Made by a program: the position numbers and the translations under genes
Assembly (NCBI GenBank): GCA_963813955.1
Contig: CAWFBN010000083.1
Location: forward strand, 6,869-70,868
From: an uncultured Alphaproteobacteria bacterium
GTDB lineage: Bacteria > Pseudomonadota > Alphaproteobacteria > Rhizobiales > Beijerinckiaceae
Reading direction: 5' to 3'
Length of the DNA: 64,000 bases
The notes under the pieces: generated by a model
Databases searched by the model: none
Told to the model about the DNA's origin: nothing
The model's input: the letters and a program-made list of their open reading frames with translations, nothing else
Shown here: piece by piece, positions 30,645 to 42,327 of the stretch
Numbering within the stretch: position 1 is the first letter of the stretch
Layout: every line of letters begins with the position of its first letter

Positions 30645-32272
30645 CTACCCGCGCAAAGGCGAAAACCGCTCCGCGCTCGCCTTGTCCCAGATGGCGCGCA
30701 GCCGCGAGTCGCGCGCCCCGCGCAAAAATTCGCCCTCTTCCATCGCCGGGTAAAGATCGGCGAAGCTGATCACGCTGTCGGAAACGCGGCGGCGGAATTG
30801 GTCGAGGTCGAATTGGCCGGGATGGTCGAGCCCGGCCGCCGCCGTCAATTCGCTCAGGCAATGCAGGGTGGCGCGGTGGAAATTCGCCACGCGCAAAACT
30901 TTGTCCGGCACGTGAAGGGCTCGGCCGAGCGCAGGGATTCTGGGTGGCGACACCGGTCGGGCAGGCGTCGGTGTGGCAGGACAGCGACTGGATGCAGCCC
31001 ACCGAGAACATGAAGCCGCGGGCGCTGTTGCACCAGTCGGCGCCGAGCGCCATGGCCCGCGCCATGTCGAAGGCGGTGAGGATCTTGCCGGAGCAGCCGA
31101 GCTTTATTTGTCCGCGCAAGCCGGTTCCGACCAGCGCGTTATGGATGAAACTCAGGCCCTCGCGCATCGGCATGCCGAGATGGTCCATGAATTCGAGCGG
31201 CGCGGCGCCGGTGCCGCCTTCCTTGCCATCGACGACGATGAAGTCCGGCGTGGTTCCGCTTTGCAGCATGGCCTTGCAAATGGCGAGAAACTCGACCGGC
31301 TGGCCCAGACAGAGCTTGAACCCGACCGGCTTGCCGCCGGACAGGCCGCGCAATTTGTCGATGAATTCCATCATTTCGAGCGGAGTCGAAAAGGCGCTGT
31401 GGCGGGCTGGCGAAACGCAGTCAATCCCCAACGGCACGCCGCGAATGGCCGCGATTTCCGGCGTCACCTTGGCGGCGGGCAGCACCCCGCCGTGGCCGGG
31501 CTTGGCGCCCTGGCTCAGCTTGATCTCGATCATCTTGATCTGCGGATTTCGCGCGACGCGAGCGAAATTTTCGGTCGAGAAGACGCCGTCGAGCGTGCGG
31601 CAGCCGAAATAGCCGGAGCCGATCTCCCAGATAATGTCGCCGCCTTTTTCGGCGTGATAGGGCGAAAACCCGCCTTCGCCGGTGTCATGGGCGAAGCCGC
31701 CGATTTTTGCCCCGCCATTGAGCGCCCGAATGGCGTTGGCGCTGAGGGCGCCAAAACTCATGGCCGAGATATTGAGCACGGAAGCGGAATAAGGCTGCGT
31801 GCAAGCCGGGCCGCCGATGGTGACGCGATACGGCTCTTTGGCATGGGGACGCGGCGCCAGCGAATGGAGCATCCATTCGAACCCGTCGGAATAGACCGGC
31901 AATTGCGTGCCGAAGGGCCGCTTGTCGAGTTGCATCTTGGCGCGCTGGTAGACGAGCGCGCGGCGGTCGCGGCTGAAGGGCGCGCCATCGGTTTCGCTCT
32001 CGAAGAAATATTGACGCATTTCGGGGCGGAATTCTTCGAGGATGAAGCGCAAATGCGCCAGTATCGGAAAATTGCGCAGGACCGAATGGCGTTTTTGAGC
32101 AGATCGCTGATCCCGACCACGGTCAGGCCGCCGAAACCCGCCAACGGGATGGCAAGCAAGCGCGATGCCGGCCCGGATCAAGGGCCAGCGCGACCAGAAC
32201 CCAGACGAAGAAAAATATGCTGAGCAACAGCGCGGAATAGCGCGGCGCGAAAATCAGGCTGAGCAGACGCAT
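30645..32272 (-). CDS. FMN-binding glutamate synthase family protein (frameshifted)
   Basis: SAMSFGALS, TGEGG, EIKLSQGAKPGHGG, DGKEGGTGAAP, GCIQSLSCHTDACPTG. Confidence 0.92.
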
Positions 32273-32426
32273 GGACGGGTCCTCGGGCGGGATCGGCGTT
32301 ATACCATGTTTTTCCGTGCGACGATCCTACGCGGTCGTTTGCGCCGAGGCGCCTTTGCAGGGCGGCAAGGACGAGCAATGGGCAAGGTGATAATTTGAAT
32401 CCCTGCAAACAAACCGAAAGACCGAG

Positions 32427-33651
32427 ATGAGCCAGGCGACGATCCCCGCGCGAAAATCCGTCCTGCCGCCGGCGGCCATCGTCTTCGCCGGCTGCCTGAT
32501 CGCGCTGTTGTCTTTCGGGCCGCGCTCGGTCATGGGAGCGTTTCAACTGCCGGTGTTTTCGTCGCGCGAGTGGGGCGCGGGAAGCTTTTCCATTGCGCTG
32601 GCGACGCAAAATCTGCTGTGGGGCGTCGGCCAGCCTTTTGCCGGCGCTTTGGCCGACCGCTTCGGCTCGAAATATGTGCTGATCGCCGGCGCGCTGCTTT
32701 ACGCAGCAGGTCTTGCCTTGATGGCGCAGGCCAACTCGGGATTGAGCTTCAACCTCGGCGCCGGCGTGTTGATCGGCTTCGGCCTGTCGGGAGCCTCGTT
32801 CAATCTGGTGCTCGGCTCCTTCGCCAAGCTTTTGCCGCCGGAGCGGCTGGGCATGGCGTTCGGCGCGGCGACGGCGGCGGGGTCTTTCGGCCAGTTCCTG
32901 TTTTCGCCGCTCGCCAACGCGCTGATTTCGCGGCATCGGCTGGGAGGGCGCCTGCCTGGTTTTCGCGGCGCTGATCCTCCCTATCGTGCCGCTGTCGCTG
33001 GCCATCGCCAGCCCGCGCGCGGTAATCACCAAGCACAGCGAAGGTCAGGGCGCGAGTCTCTCGCGGGCGCTCAAACATAAATCCTATGCGCTGCTGGTGG
33101 CGGGGTTTTTCACCTGCGGCTTCCAGTTGGCTTTCATCACGGTTCATTTCCAGCGCTATGTTGTGGAAAGCGGCCTCTCGCCCGCCATCGGCGCCTGGGC
33201 CATCGCGCTGGTCGGCGTGTTCAATATTTTCGGCTCGCTGCTGTCCGGCTGGCTCGGCTCGCGGATGCCGCGCCGCTATATCCTCTCGACCATTTACTTC
33301 TCCCGCGCGCTGGCGACCCTCGTGTTCATCGCCTTGCCGCCCAGCCCGCAATCCGCACTGCTTTTCGGCGCCGTGACCGGCCTGCTGTGGCTTTCCACCG
33401 TTCCGCCGACCTCCTCGCTGATCGGCACGATGTTCGGCGCGGGCAGTCTTTCGATGCTTTACGGCGTCGCCTTTTTCTCGCACCAGATCGGCGGCTTCCT
33501 CGGGGTGCTGCTCGGCGGCTTTTTCCGCGCCAGCACGGGCTCCTATACGCCGGTGTGGGTCCTGTCGATTGCGCTGGGCGTGATCTCGGCCTTGCTCAAT
33601 CTGCCCATCGTCGAAGCGCCGGCGAGGGCGGTCCCGCAACCGGCTGAGTGA
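32427..33651 (+). CDS. MFS transporter (frameshifted)
   Basis: GALADRFG motif A, GFFTCGFQ, HQIGGFLG; many TM segments. Confidence 0.9.
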
Positions 33652-33666
33652 GGACTGGGGACAAAG

Positions 33667-34354
33667 ATGAATGATTTTGTGCTGCAGCCGCCGCCGCAAG
33701 CCGCCGCGCCGGTCGCGGGAGGAGGGCGTTTCGCTGTGCGGCGCATTTTCTGCGTCGGCCAGAATTACGCCGCCCATTCGCGCGAAATGGGCGGCGATCC
33801 AACCCGCGAGCCGCCGTTCTTTTTCACCAAGCCCGCCGATGCGCTGGTGACCGGCGGCGCCGACACGCCCTATCCCGGCGCGACCCAAAACCTGCATCAT
33901 GAAATCGAACTGGTCGTCGCCATTCTGCGCGGTGGCGCCGCTATTCCGGTCGCCGAAGCGCAGGACCATATTTACGGCTACGCCGTCGGCCTCGACCTTA
34001 CGCGGCGCGATTTGCAGAGCCAGGCGAAAGAGGCGCGGCGCCCTTGGGACATGAGCAAGGGATTTGACTTTTCCGCGCCGCTCGGCCTGATCGAACCGGC
34101 GACGAAAATCGGCCACCCGAAATCCGGCCGCATCGCGTTGAAGGTTAATGGCGAGTTGCGGCAGGACGGCGATTTGTCCGACATGATCTGGTCGGTCGGG
34201 GAAATCATTGCCGCGCTTGTCGAATTATGTTGCGCTGGCGCCCGGCGATCTCATTTTCACCGGCACGCCCTCCGGCGTCGGCCCGCTGTTGCGAGGCGAC
34301 GTGCTGGAGGGAGAGATCGACGGCGTCGGCGTGGTGCGGACGCGCATCGTCTAG
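33667..34354 (+). CDS. Fumarylacetoacetate hydrolase family protein (frameshifted)
   Basis: [32 protein letters not shown]. Confidence 0.92.
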
Positions 34355-34451
34355 AGCCCGATCTTATTGCATCAGATCGGGGCTCTAGGTCTTTGTTTTT
34401 GCGCGTTTTCTTCACGCCAACCGGTATCCACTTGGCTTGAAAACGCTTTAA
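34351..34451. repeat. Rhizobiales-type short mosaic intergenic element (RIME/Bru-RS-like)
   Basis: CTAGAGCCCGATC...GATCGGGGCTCTAG hairpin plus CCGGTATCCACTT...AAAACGCTTTA, between convergent genes. Confidence 0.65.
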
Positions 34452-34455
34452 GCGC

Positions 34456-35939
34456 TCATTTGGCGGGCAGCTTGTCCTTCTCCGTGGGCAACCCGCCGTC
34501 GTCGATGTCGAAATCGGGATCAAGGATCGTCTTGCCCTGCGCGCCGACAAACGCGGGCTGGGCCTTGATCCACAGGCTCGGCTTCATCTCTTTCGCATAG
34601 GCCATGAGCCGCGCTTCAAGATCGCGCACAATCTCCGGGATTCTGTTCGGCGACGTTGGTGGTCTCGGCGGGATCTTTGGCAAGATTGAATAATTCGGTC
34701 TTGCCCGGCAGCAGGGCGATCTTCACCAACTTCCAGTCGCCCTTGCGCACAGCGCCACGGAAAGCCTCGACATTGATCAATATGTCCTCATTGGGCGAGG
34801 GCGCGTCCTGCGCCAGCGTCGGCCACATGTCCTTGCCGTCAAAAGGATGATCCGGACTGCCCTTGCCGCCCGCCAGCGAAAGCAGCGTTGGCATGACGTC
34901 GACCATATGCAGCGGCGCCTTGACGACCTTGGGTTGCAGTTTGCCCGGCCAGTTGACGAAAGCCGGCACACGCACGCCGCCTTCATGCAGGCTGCCCTTG
35001 CCGCCGCGCAACGGCGCGTTGGACGCCGGCGGCTTCTGGTTCTGCTCAATGCCGCCGACTTCGGCGTCGCGTTCGGCGTCGCTCTTGGCGCCTTGCGCGA
35101 ACAGGCCGCTGGTCGCGCCGCCATTGTCGCTGGCGAACAGGATGATGGTGTTGTCGCGCAGCCCCTTCTTTTCGAGTTCGGCGACGATGCGGCCGACTTG
35201 TTCGTCGAGCGCCGCGATCATGCCGTAATAGGCGCGGGCGTTCTTGTCGGCGACGTCCTTGTAGGGCGCCTGATAACTTTCAGGGGACTGATAGGGCGCA
35301 TGAGGCGCGAGCGAGGCGAAATAGAGGAAGAAGGGTTTTTTGCCATCCTGCTGGTCGATCAGCTTGATCGCGTCGTCGCCGACCAGTTTGGTGAAATAGC
35401 CGTTTTCTTTCAGGAACTTGCCATTGCGCTGCCAGTCGATCACGCCGCCGCGCTCATGGGTGAAATAGTCGATCTCGCCGACGACATTGCCATAAAAGTA
35501 ATCGAAGCCGCGATTTTGCGGCCAATATTTCTTGTCGGCGTGGCCGAGATGCCATTTGCCGACCATCAGCGTGTTATAGCCGGCCTCCTTGAGCGCTTGC
35601 GGCAGGGTCTTTTCGTCGGTGTTAGCCCATAAGTGTGGCTGGGGAAGATCACCAGCGTCTGCAAACCGTAGCGCATCGGATAGCGCCCGGTCATCAGCGC
35701 CGCGCGCGAGGGCGTGCACACCGGCTCGCCGTAGAAGGATTCGAGCGCACGCCTTCGTGGGCCAGCTTGTCGATGTTCGGCGTCTTGGGGCGGCCGCCGT
35801 GGTAGCCGATATCGGCGTTGCCGAGATCGTCAGCCATGATGAAGATGATGTTAGGCTGTTTGGCTGGCGCCTCCGCCAGAACCGGGGAGACGCCGAATCC
35901 GATCAAGGTCAGGGCAATGGTCAGGCTTTTGGTGAACAT
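34456..35939 (-). CDS. Arylsulfatase (Cys-type), secreted (frameshifted)
   Basis: Signal peptide, [44 protein letters not shown]. Confidence 0.9.
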
Positions 35940-35953
35940 GGGTCTATTTCCGA

Positions 35954-38328
35954 TCATTGCAGGGAGACATCCACGCTCTCGATCTTGCCGTCGAACTTGA
36001 ATGGCTTGCGGTCGAAATAGGCGAAGGAAACCGGCGAGCCGAGATCGACGCCGACATCGAAGGACTCGCTGGCGGTGAAGGCGCCAGCCACCGTGCGCTT
36101 GAGGGCGATATGGGCCTCGTCCTTGCCGTCAACCGTAATGACCACCTCGCCTGGACCGCCCGGCTTGCCGATGGCGGTGGCGATCTCGATCACATGCTTG
36201 CCGGGGCCGAGCTTTTCCTTGGGGCCGCCAATATAGCGCTCGATCATCATCATGTTGTATTCATAGGCCAGCCTGCCCTTGTCCATGAATACGGTCAGGC
36301 CGCCGCCGATGCCGCCCAGCGCATAGAGCACGCCTGAGGCTTCGCGGCCCATCTCGGCCTTGACGACGACCTTGTTGGACATGCGCCCGACGCCGGGCGC
36401 GGCGAATTCCGGCATGCGCGTGGTCTCGCTGTCGAAACGCCAGCTGTATAGGGCGGCGCGACGCGGTCCTCGGGATGGAGGCGCGTCCACAGCCCGCCGC
36501 CGATTGGAAACACCTTGTTGGCCTCGGCTTCGCGCAGGAAATCGGCCTTGAGCGCGGCGAGCTTTTCCGGTTCCTTCGCCGAGAGATCGTTGGCCTGGGT
36601 GAAGTCCTTGCTCAGGTCGAACAGCTCCCACGTGTCCTTTTTCTCGTCCCAGTCCTTGAGGGTCAGCGTGGAGGCGGCGGTATCCCAGGGAACCAGCGGC
36701 CCGAAAGTCGCGGCGTACCAGCCGTTTTCATAAAGACCGCGGCTGCCGTTATTCTCGAAATACTGGATTTTCTTGTGGGTGGGCTCGGCCGGATGGTCGA
36801 AGCTATAGGCCATGCTGACGCCGTCCATCGGCTCCTGCGCAACACCATTGACCGTTTTCGGCGGCGTGATGCCGAGAATTTCGTAAAGCGTCGGCGCTAT
36901 GTCGTTGACGTGGTGGAACTGCGAGCGCGGCGTGGCGTCGGGTTTGATCGTTTTCGGCCAGGAGACGACGAGCGGATTGCGCGTGCCGCCGAAATAGCCG
37001 GCCACCAGCTTGGTGTAGCGGAACGGGGTGTCCCCGGCCCAGGCCCAGCCGGCGTGATACATATTGTCGGTCTTGGGCGTTCCGAGCGCGTCGAGTCCGC
37101 CGATCTTGTTCAAGGCGGCGAGCTGCTGGTCGATGGTGTTGGGAATATTATTCTGGGCCAGAAGCTCGCTGATCGAGCCTTTAAGTCCTTCGGCGCTCGA
37201 TCCATTGTCGCCGACGATATAGAGCACGAGCGTATTGTCGCGGATGCCCTCGCGGTCGAGTTCGTCGATGAGCTTGCCGGCCTGAACGTCGACATGCTCC
37301 AGAAATCCGGCGAAGACTTCCATCAGCCTTTCCTGGAACGGCCTTTCGCTCGCGGGAATGCTGTCCCAGCTCGCCAGAGTGTCGGGGCGCGCGGTCAGGA
37401 TCGCATCCTGCGGAATCCAGCCCGATTTTTTCTGCGCGGCGAAGACGGTCTCGCGCATCTGGTCCCAGCCGGCGTTGAATTTGCCCTTATATTTGTCGGC
37501 CCATTCTTTAAAAATGTGATGCGGGCCATGCGCCGCGCCGGGCGCCCAATAAATCAGGAAGGGCTTGTCGGGAGCATAGGATTGATGCTTGCGCATCCAA
37601 TGCACCGCCTGATCGGCCATGTCCGTGCTCAGATGATATTTCGGATCGTGCGGCGGTTCGATCTGATTGCGGTTCTCGACCAGACGCGGCTCGTATTGCG
37701 AAGTCTCGCCAGCGAGAAAACCATAGAAATAATCAAAACCATAGCCGGTGGGCCAGCGCTCGAACGGCCCCATGGCGGTGGTCTCGACCGCTGGCGTATT
37801 ATGCCATTTGCCAAAGGCGGCGGTCTTGTAGCCATAGGAGCCGAGCACTTGCGCCATGGTCGCGGTGCTGGGCGGTATCACCCCGACATAGCCGTCGAAA
37901 TCCGAGGCGCGCTCAGCGATGGTGCCCGAACCGGCGCGGTGATGATTGCGCCCGGTCAGCAGGGCGGCGCGGGTCGGCGAGCAGATCGAGGTGGTGTGGA
38001 ATTGGTTATAGGCGATGCCGCTCTGGGCGAGCCGCGACAGGGTGGGCGTGTGAACCGGGCCGCCGAAGGTGTCGGCGAGGCCGAAGCCGACGTCATCGAG
38101 CAGGATGATCAGGATATTTGGCGCGTCCTTGGGCAGGCGATCCGGCTCGACCCGCCATTTCATTGTCGAGTCCTGCAGCGATTCGCCCGCGACGCTGGCC
38201 GAAGGCGCCTGCACGAAGGGCAGGACGGACCCGTCCTGCGTCGGCGGCGCATCGGCGGCGGAGGCGAGGGTTGCAACGCCGCAAAGGGCCAAGGCGCCGA
38301 AAAGACGGCAACGGAGGAATTTCAGCAT
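35954..38328 (-). CDS. Arylsulfatase (large AtsA-like, Cys-type), secreted (frameshifted)
   Basis: [33 protein letters not shown]. Confidence 0.92.
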
Positions 38329-38506
38329 GGCGCACTTCCGCAGGTGGGTTTTTGATCGAGGCCGCTCGCCCGTGACCTTAGCGTCATGGTCTGCCGGGTC
38401 AATGACGGGAGAGTTCGACTTTCGCCGGGCTTCGGGAAGCCCCGTCTTGCCAATCGCGGACGGGGAGGGCAGTCTGCCAAAAACGTCCATTAGAGGGAGA
38501 CGAGCC

Positions 38507-38722
38507 ATGAGGAATTGGTCTCTGGGCGCTTTGGCGCTGGCAAGCTTTCTTGGCGCGATGGCGGTCGATATAAAGGAGGCCAGCGCCGTCGTCTGCGCGC
38601 GCGGCGTTCATCGCGCTGGCTGTGTTGGCCCGAGCGGACGCGCCGTGGTCGTGCATCGGCGGCCCGCCGTGCGCTGCCGCTGGGTTTGGTCGCGCGGCGT
38701 GCGCGTCAGGCGTTGTTGGTGA
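38507..38722 (+). CDS. Small secreted Cys/Arg-rich protein (71 aa)
   Basis: GAGGGAG RBS; signal peptide ending ASA; 44-aa mature part with 4 Cys. Confidence 0.75.
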   Translation: MRNWSLGALALASFLGAMAVDIKEASAVVCARGVHRAGCVGPSGRAVVVHRRPAVRCRWVWSRGVRVRRCW

Positions 38723-40166
38723 CCCCCAAGCCGCCGAGCAGCACATATTTGATCTCGACGAATTCCTCGATGCCGTGGCGTGAGCCTTCGCGGCCGAGGC
38801 CCGATTGCTTGACGCCGCCGAAGGGCGCGACCTCGGTCGAGATGATGCCGGAATTGACGCCGACCATGCCATATTCGAGAGCCTCGGCGACGCGGAACAC
38901 CCGCCCGAGATCGCGGGCGTAAAAATAGGCGGCGAGGCCATATTGGGTGGCGTTGGCCTGCGCGATCACGTCCGCCTCGTCCCTGAAGCGGAACAGGGGC
39001 GCCACCGGCCCAAAAGTCTCGTCGCGCGCGACGATCATGTCCGGCGTCACGTCGGCCAGCACGGTGGGCTGGAAAAACGTGCCGCCCAGCGCGTGCCGCT
39101 TGCCGCCGGTCAAAACCCGCGCGCCCTTGGCCAGCGCGTCGGCGATATGGGCCTCGACCTTGTCCACCGCCTTGGGCGTGATCAGCGGCCCCTGCTGCAC
39201 GCCCTCTTCCGTGCCGTCGCCGACCTTCAGTTTCGCCGCCGCCTCGGCCAGTTTTGCTGCGAAGGCGTCGTAGATCGCCTCCTGCACATAGATGCGGTTG
39301 GCGCAGACGCAGGTCTGGCCCATGTTGCGGTATTTGGCCGCCATGGCGCCGGCCACGGCGGCGTCGAGATCGGCGTCGTCGAACACGATGAAGGGCGCAT
39401 TGCCGCCCAGCTCCAGCCCGACCTTTTTCACGCCCGAAGCCGCCTGCCGCATCAGCAGCTTGCCGACCTCGGTCGAGCCGGTGAAGCCGACGAAACGCAC
39501 GGCCGGATGTTCGCAGAATACCTTGCCGATCGCCGCGGCGTCGCCGGTGACGATGTTCAACACGCCCGGCGGAAAACCGGCGCGCTGCGCCAATTCGCCC
39601 AGCGCCAGCGCCGTGAGCGGCGTCTCCAGCGCCGGCTTGATCACGCAGGCGCAGCCGGCGGCCAGGGCGGGCGCGCATTTGCGGGTGATCATCGCCGCCG
39701 GGAAATTCCACGGCGTGATCGCCGCCACCACGCCGATCGGCTGGCGCAAGGTGAGGATGCGCGCGTCGGGCCAAGGCGAGGGGATGGTCTCGCCATAAAC
39801 CCGCTTGGCCTCTTCGGCGTAAAATTCAATAAAACTCGCGGCATAGTCGATCTCGCCGCGCGCCTCGGCCAGTGGCTTGCCCTGCTCGCTGGTCATGATC
39901 AGCGCCAGATCGTCGCGCGCCGCGACAATCAGCTCGAACCATCTGCGCAAAAGGGCGCCGCGCTGCTTGGCGGTCAGCGCCGCCCAAGGCTTTTGCGCCC
40001 GTTCGGCGGCCTCGACGGCGGCGGTCGCCTCCGCCGCGCCGCCATTGGGAACCTGCGCCAGCACGGCGCCAGTGGCGGGATTTTTTATGGCTACATCGCC
40101 GGCGCCGCGCCACGCGCCATCGACGAGATTTTCGGTGCGAAAAAGGTTGGCGTCCTTGAGGTCCAT
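38706..40166 (-). CDS. gabD: NAD(P)-dependent succinate-semialdehyde dehydrogenase
   Basis: ITPWNFPAAMITRK, FTGSTEVG, LELGGNAP, GQTCVC, ETFGP. Confidence 0.95.
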   Translation of the reverse strand: MDLKDANLFRTENLVDGAWRGAGDVAIKNPATGAVLAQVPNGGAAEATAAVEAAERAQKPWAALTAKQRGALLRRWFELIVAARDDLALIMTSEQGKPLAEARGEIDYAASFIEFYAEEAKRVYGETIPSPWPDARILTLRQPIGVVAAITPWNFPAAMITRKCAPALAAGCACVIKPALETPLTALALGELAQRAGFPPGVLNIVTGDAAAIGKVFCEHPAVRFVGFTGSTEVGKLLMRQAASGVKKVGLELGGNAPFIVFDDADLDAAVAGAMAAKYRNMGQTCVCANRIYVQEAIYDAFAAKLAEAAAKLKVGDGTEEGVQQGPLITPKAVDKVEAHIADALAKGARVLTGGKRHALGGTFFQPTVLADVTPDMIVARDETFGPVAPLFRFRDEADVIAQANATQYGLAAYFYARDLGRVFRVAEALEYGMVGVNSGIISTEVAPFGGVKQSGLGREGSRHGIEEFVEIKYVLLGGLGVTNNA

Positions 40167-40384
40167 TACTCGCTCTCCTTTTGCCAGAAACGCGCCAGCG
40201 CGACAAAAGCCCAGATCGCCTCGACCAGCCCGAAGGGCCAGGCGCCTTGCAGAAATCCGTAAGCCGAGCCGAGCGCGCAGGCTGCGGCGAAGCCGAGAAT
40301 GTAGATGCGCCCGCGCGGCTCCAGCGCATAAAAGATAAGCATGGCGGAGACGGCGAAAAGCCCGAAGGCGGTGAGGAGGTCCAT
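40166..40384 (-). CDS. Small conserved-type membrane protein
   Basis: 72 aa, hydrophobic, YGFLQGAWPFGLVEAIW; translationally coupled on both sides. Confidence 0.75.
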   Translation of the reverse strand: MDLLTAFGLFAVSAMLIFYALEPRGRIYILGFAAACALGSAYGFLQGAWPFGLVEAIWAFVALARFWQKESE

Positions 40385-40747
40385 TATTTGGCCGGCGGGG
40401 TGCAGACCACGGCTTCGTTGAGCACGTAGCAGATCGACATCTCGCCGCTGCGCAGATTGACGCGGAACACGCCGCCCTCCTTCTCGTGCCGCGAGGCGAC
40501 AAGGCCGTAATCGCCCGGCGGCTGCGGGCCGGCGCCCTCGCCGGCCGGATAGCAGAGGGTGACTCCGACCGAGCCGCTCTCGCCATATTGGCAGGCGCCG
40601 ATTTCGCCGCTGGCCTTGTCGAGCCGGTAGACGCGGTTGAGGTCGGTTTCCGGCGCGGCAAGAAACTCGTAAGTGGCGGCCTGTGCGGCGCCGGTCGCGA
40701 GCAGCAGCGCCAGCGCGCCTTGTCTGAAAAAAGCTTTGGTCGAGCAT
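40384..40747 (-). CDS. Secreted hypothetical protein (frameshift in the signal region)
   Basis: AQA-type signal end, LNRVYRLDKASGEIGACQY, 4 Cys. Confidence 0.7.
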
Positions 40748-40855
40748 GCAAATTTCCCGAGCCAATCGCCGAGCCTTCGGCTGATCCTACAGGATTTGAG
40801 CGCCGAAAACTGGCCTCGGGACGGGGCAGGTGCTATAGGGCGAGACCCCGAATGA

Positions 40856-41629
40856 TTGGAGCCCTGCTTGTCCAGATCGCCCGAACCCATCCTTTTCGTC
40901 TTCGATCTCGACGGCACGCTGGCCGACACCGCCGGTGATCTCATCGCTTCGCTCGATTATGTGATGGTGCAGGAAGGTTTCGACGTGACGCCGCTCGACG
41001 ACGCCCGCTCGCTGCTCGGCGCCGGCGCACGGGCGCTGATCCAGCGGGGACTGGCGGCGCAGCAGGCCAGCGTTTCGGACGAAAAACTGGAAAAAATGTT
41101 CGAGCTTTTTCTGGTCTATTACGAAAGCCGCATCGCCGATGACAGCCGCCTTTATCCCGGCGTGGTCGCGGCGCTGGACGCACTTTCGGCGCGGGGCGAT
41201 TTTTTCGCCGTCTGCACCAACAAGATCGAGCGGCCGGCGCGGCTGCTGCTGGAAAAACTCGGCGTGGCGGATCGATTCGCCTTCATCTGCGGCCAGGACA
41301 CTTTCGGCGTGGCCAAGCCCGACCCGTTGCCGCTGCTGCGCACCATCGAAGCCTCGCGCGGCGACAAGGCGCGCGCGCTGATGATCGGCAATTCCAAGAC
41401 CGACATCGCCACGGCGCGGGCGGCGGGCGTGCCGGTGATCGCGGTGGATTTCGGCTATACCGACCGTCCGGTGCAGGAATACAATCCCGACCGCGTCATC
41501 TCGCATTTCGACGAATTGCCGGGTGCGCGCGGCGGCATTTTTCTGAACGGAGCGGAAACCGCCGCGACGGCCATGTTGCCGCCCGCATTGGTCTGCATGA
41601 GTATCGCTTCAGCTTGTCCAGAGGCCTGA
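40856..41629 (+). CDS. gph: Phosphoglycolate phosphatase (HAD family)
   Basis: FDLDGTL, CTNK, KPDP; true 3' end probably shifted. Confidence 0.85.
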   Translation: MEPCLSRSPEPILFVFDLDGTLADTAGDLIASLDYVMVQEGFDVTPLDDARSLLGAGARALIQRGLAAQQASVSDEKLEKMFELFLVYYESRIADDSRLYPGVVAALDALSARGDFFAVCTNKIERPARLLLEKLGVADRFAFICGQDTFGVAKPDPLPLLRTIEASRGDKARALMIGNSKTDIATARAAGVPVIAVDFGYTDRPVQEYNPDRVISHFDELPGARGGIFLNGAETAATAMLPPALVCMSIASACPEA

Positions 41630-42275
41630 ATGATCCGCGTTTTCCGCCTTGCTTTGCTCTTGTTGGTCGCCCCGGTCTCATTGATCGCGCTGATCTTGCC
41701 TGCTGGCGCCGCCGACCTGCCTTATTTCGCCGGAGGAGAGTTGCCGTCGCTCAAGGCGACAGGCTCGCCCGATTACGATCCGGCGCCGTCCAATCCCTGG
41801 ACCGGCCTGACCATGGGCGCGGGCGTCTTCGGCGTGTCGGGTTCTGGTCGCGGGTCGCGCGGCGGCTTCGGCGGGGACACGTTCATTGGCTATAATCACG
41901 AGTTCGACAATCGCGTGGTCGTCGGCGTGCAGGGCAGCGTCGGACTTTGCCGGGCCTCTATAAATATGGCCCAAGCGGCTATAATTTCGGCATGGCCAAT
42001 ATCTCGGTCGGCTATGACATGGGCCGCTTCATGCCTTACGTGAATTTCGGCGTCGGCACGGCCAGCGCGACCAATTTGCCCGGCCTGCCGGGCGGGCTCA
42101 ACTCGGTCAACAATATTTTCACCCATTCGGGCAACAGACCACGCTGACCAGCGTCGGCGCGGGATTCAATTACGAAGTGACGAATAATCTCCGCGTCGGC
42201 GTCGAGGTCAGCGCCGTTCATCAGAACGGCGGCTTCGGGCCGGCTTTGGTCCCGCAGCCGGGAGCGCTGCCGTAA
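41630..42275 (+). CDS. Outer-membrane beta-barrel protein (Omp25/RopB-like, frameshifted)
   Basis: Signal peptide ending AADLP, WTGL, GYDMGRFMPY, VGAGFNY. Confidence 0.75.
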
Positions 42276-42327
42276 ATTCATCTTTTCGGCTGCTTTCATC
42301 GCGCTCGCGCCGCGCCTATAAAGCGGC

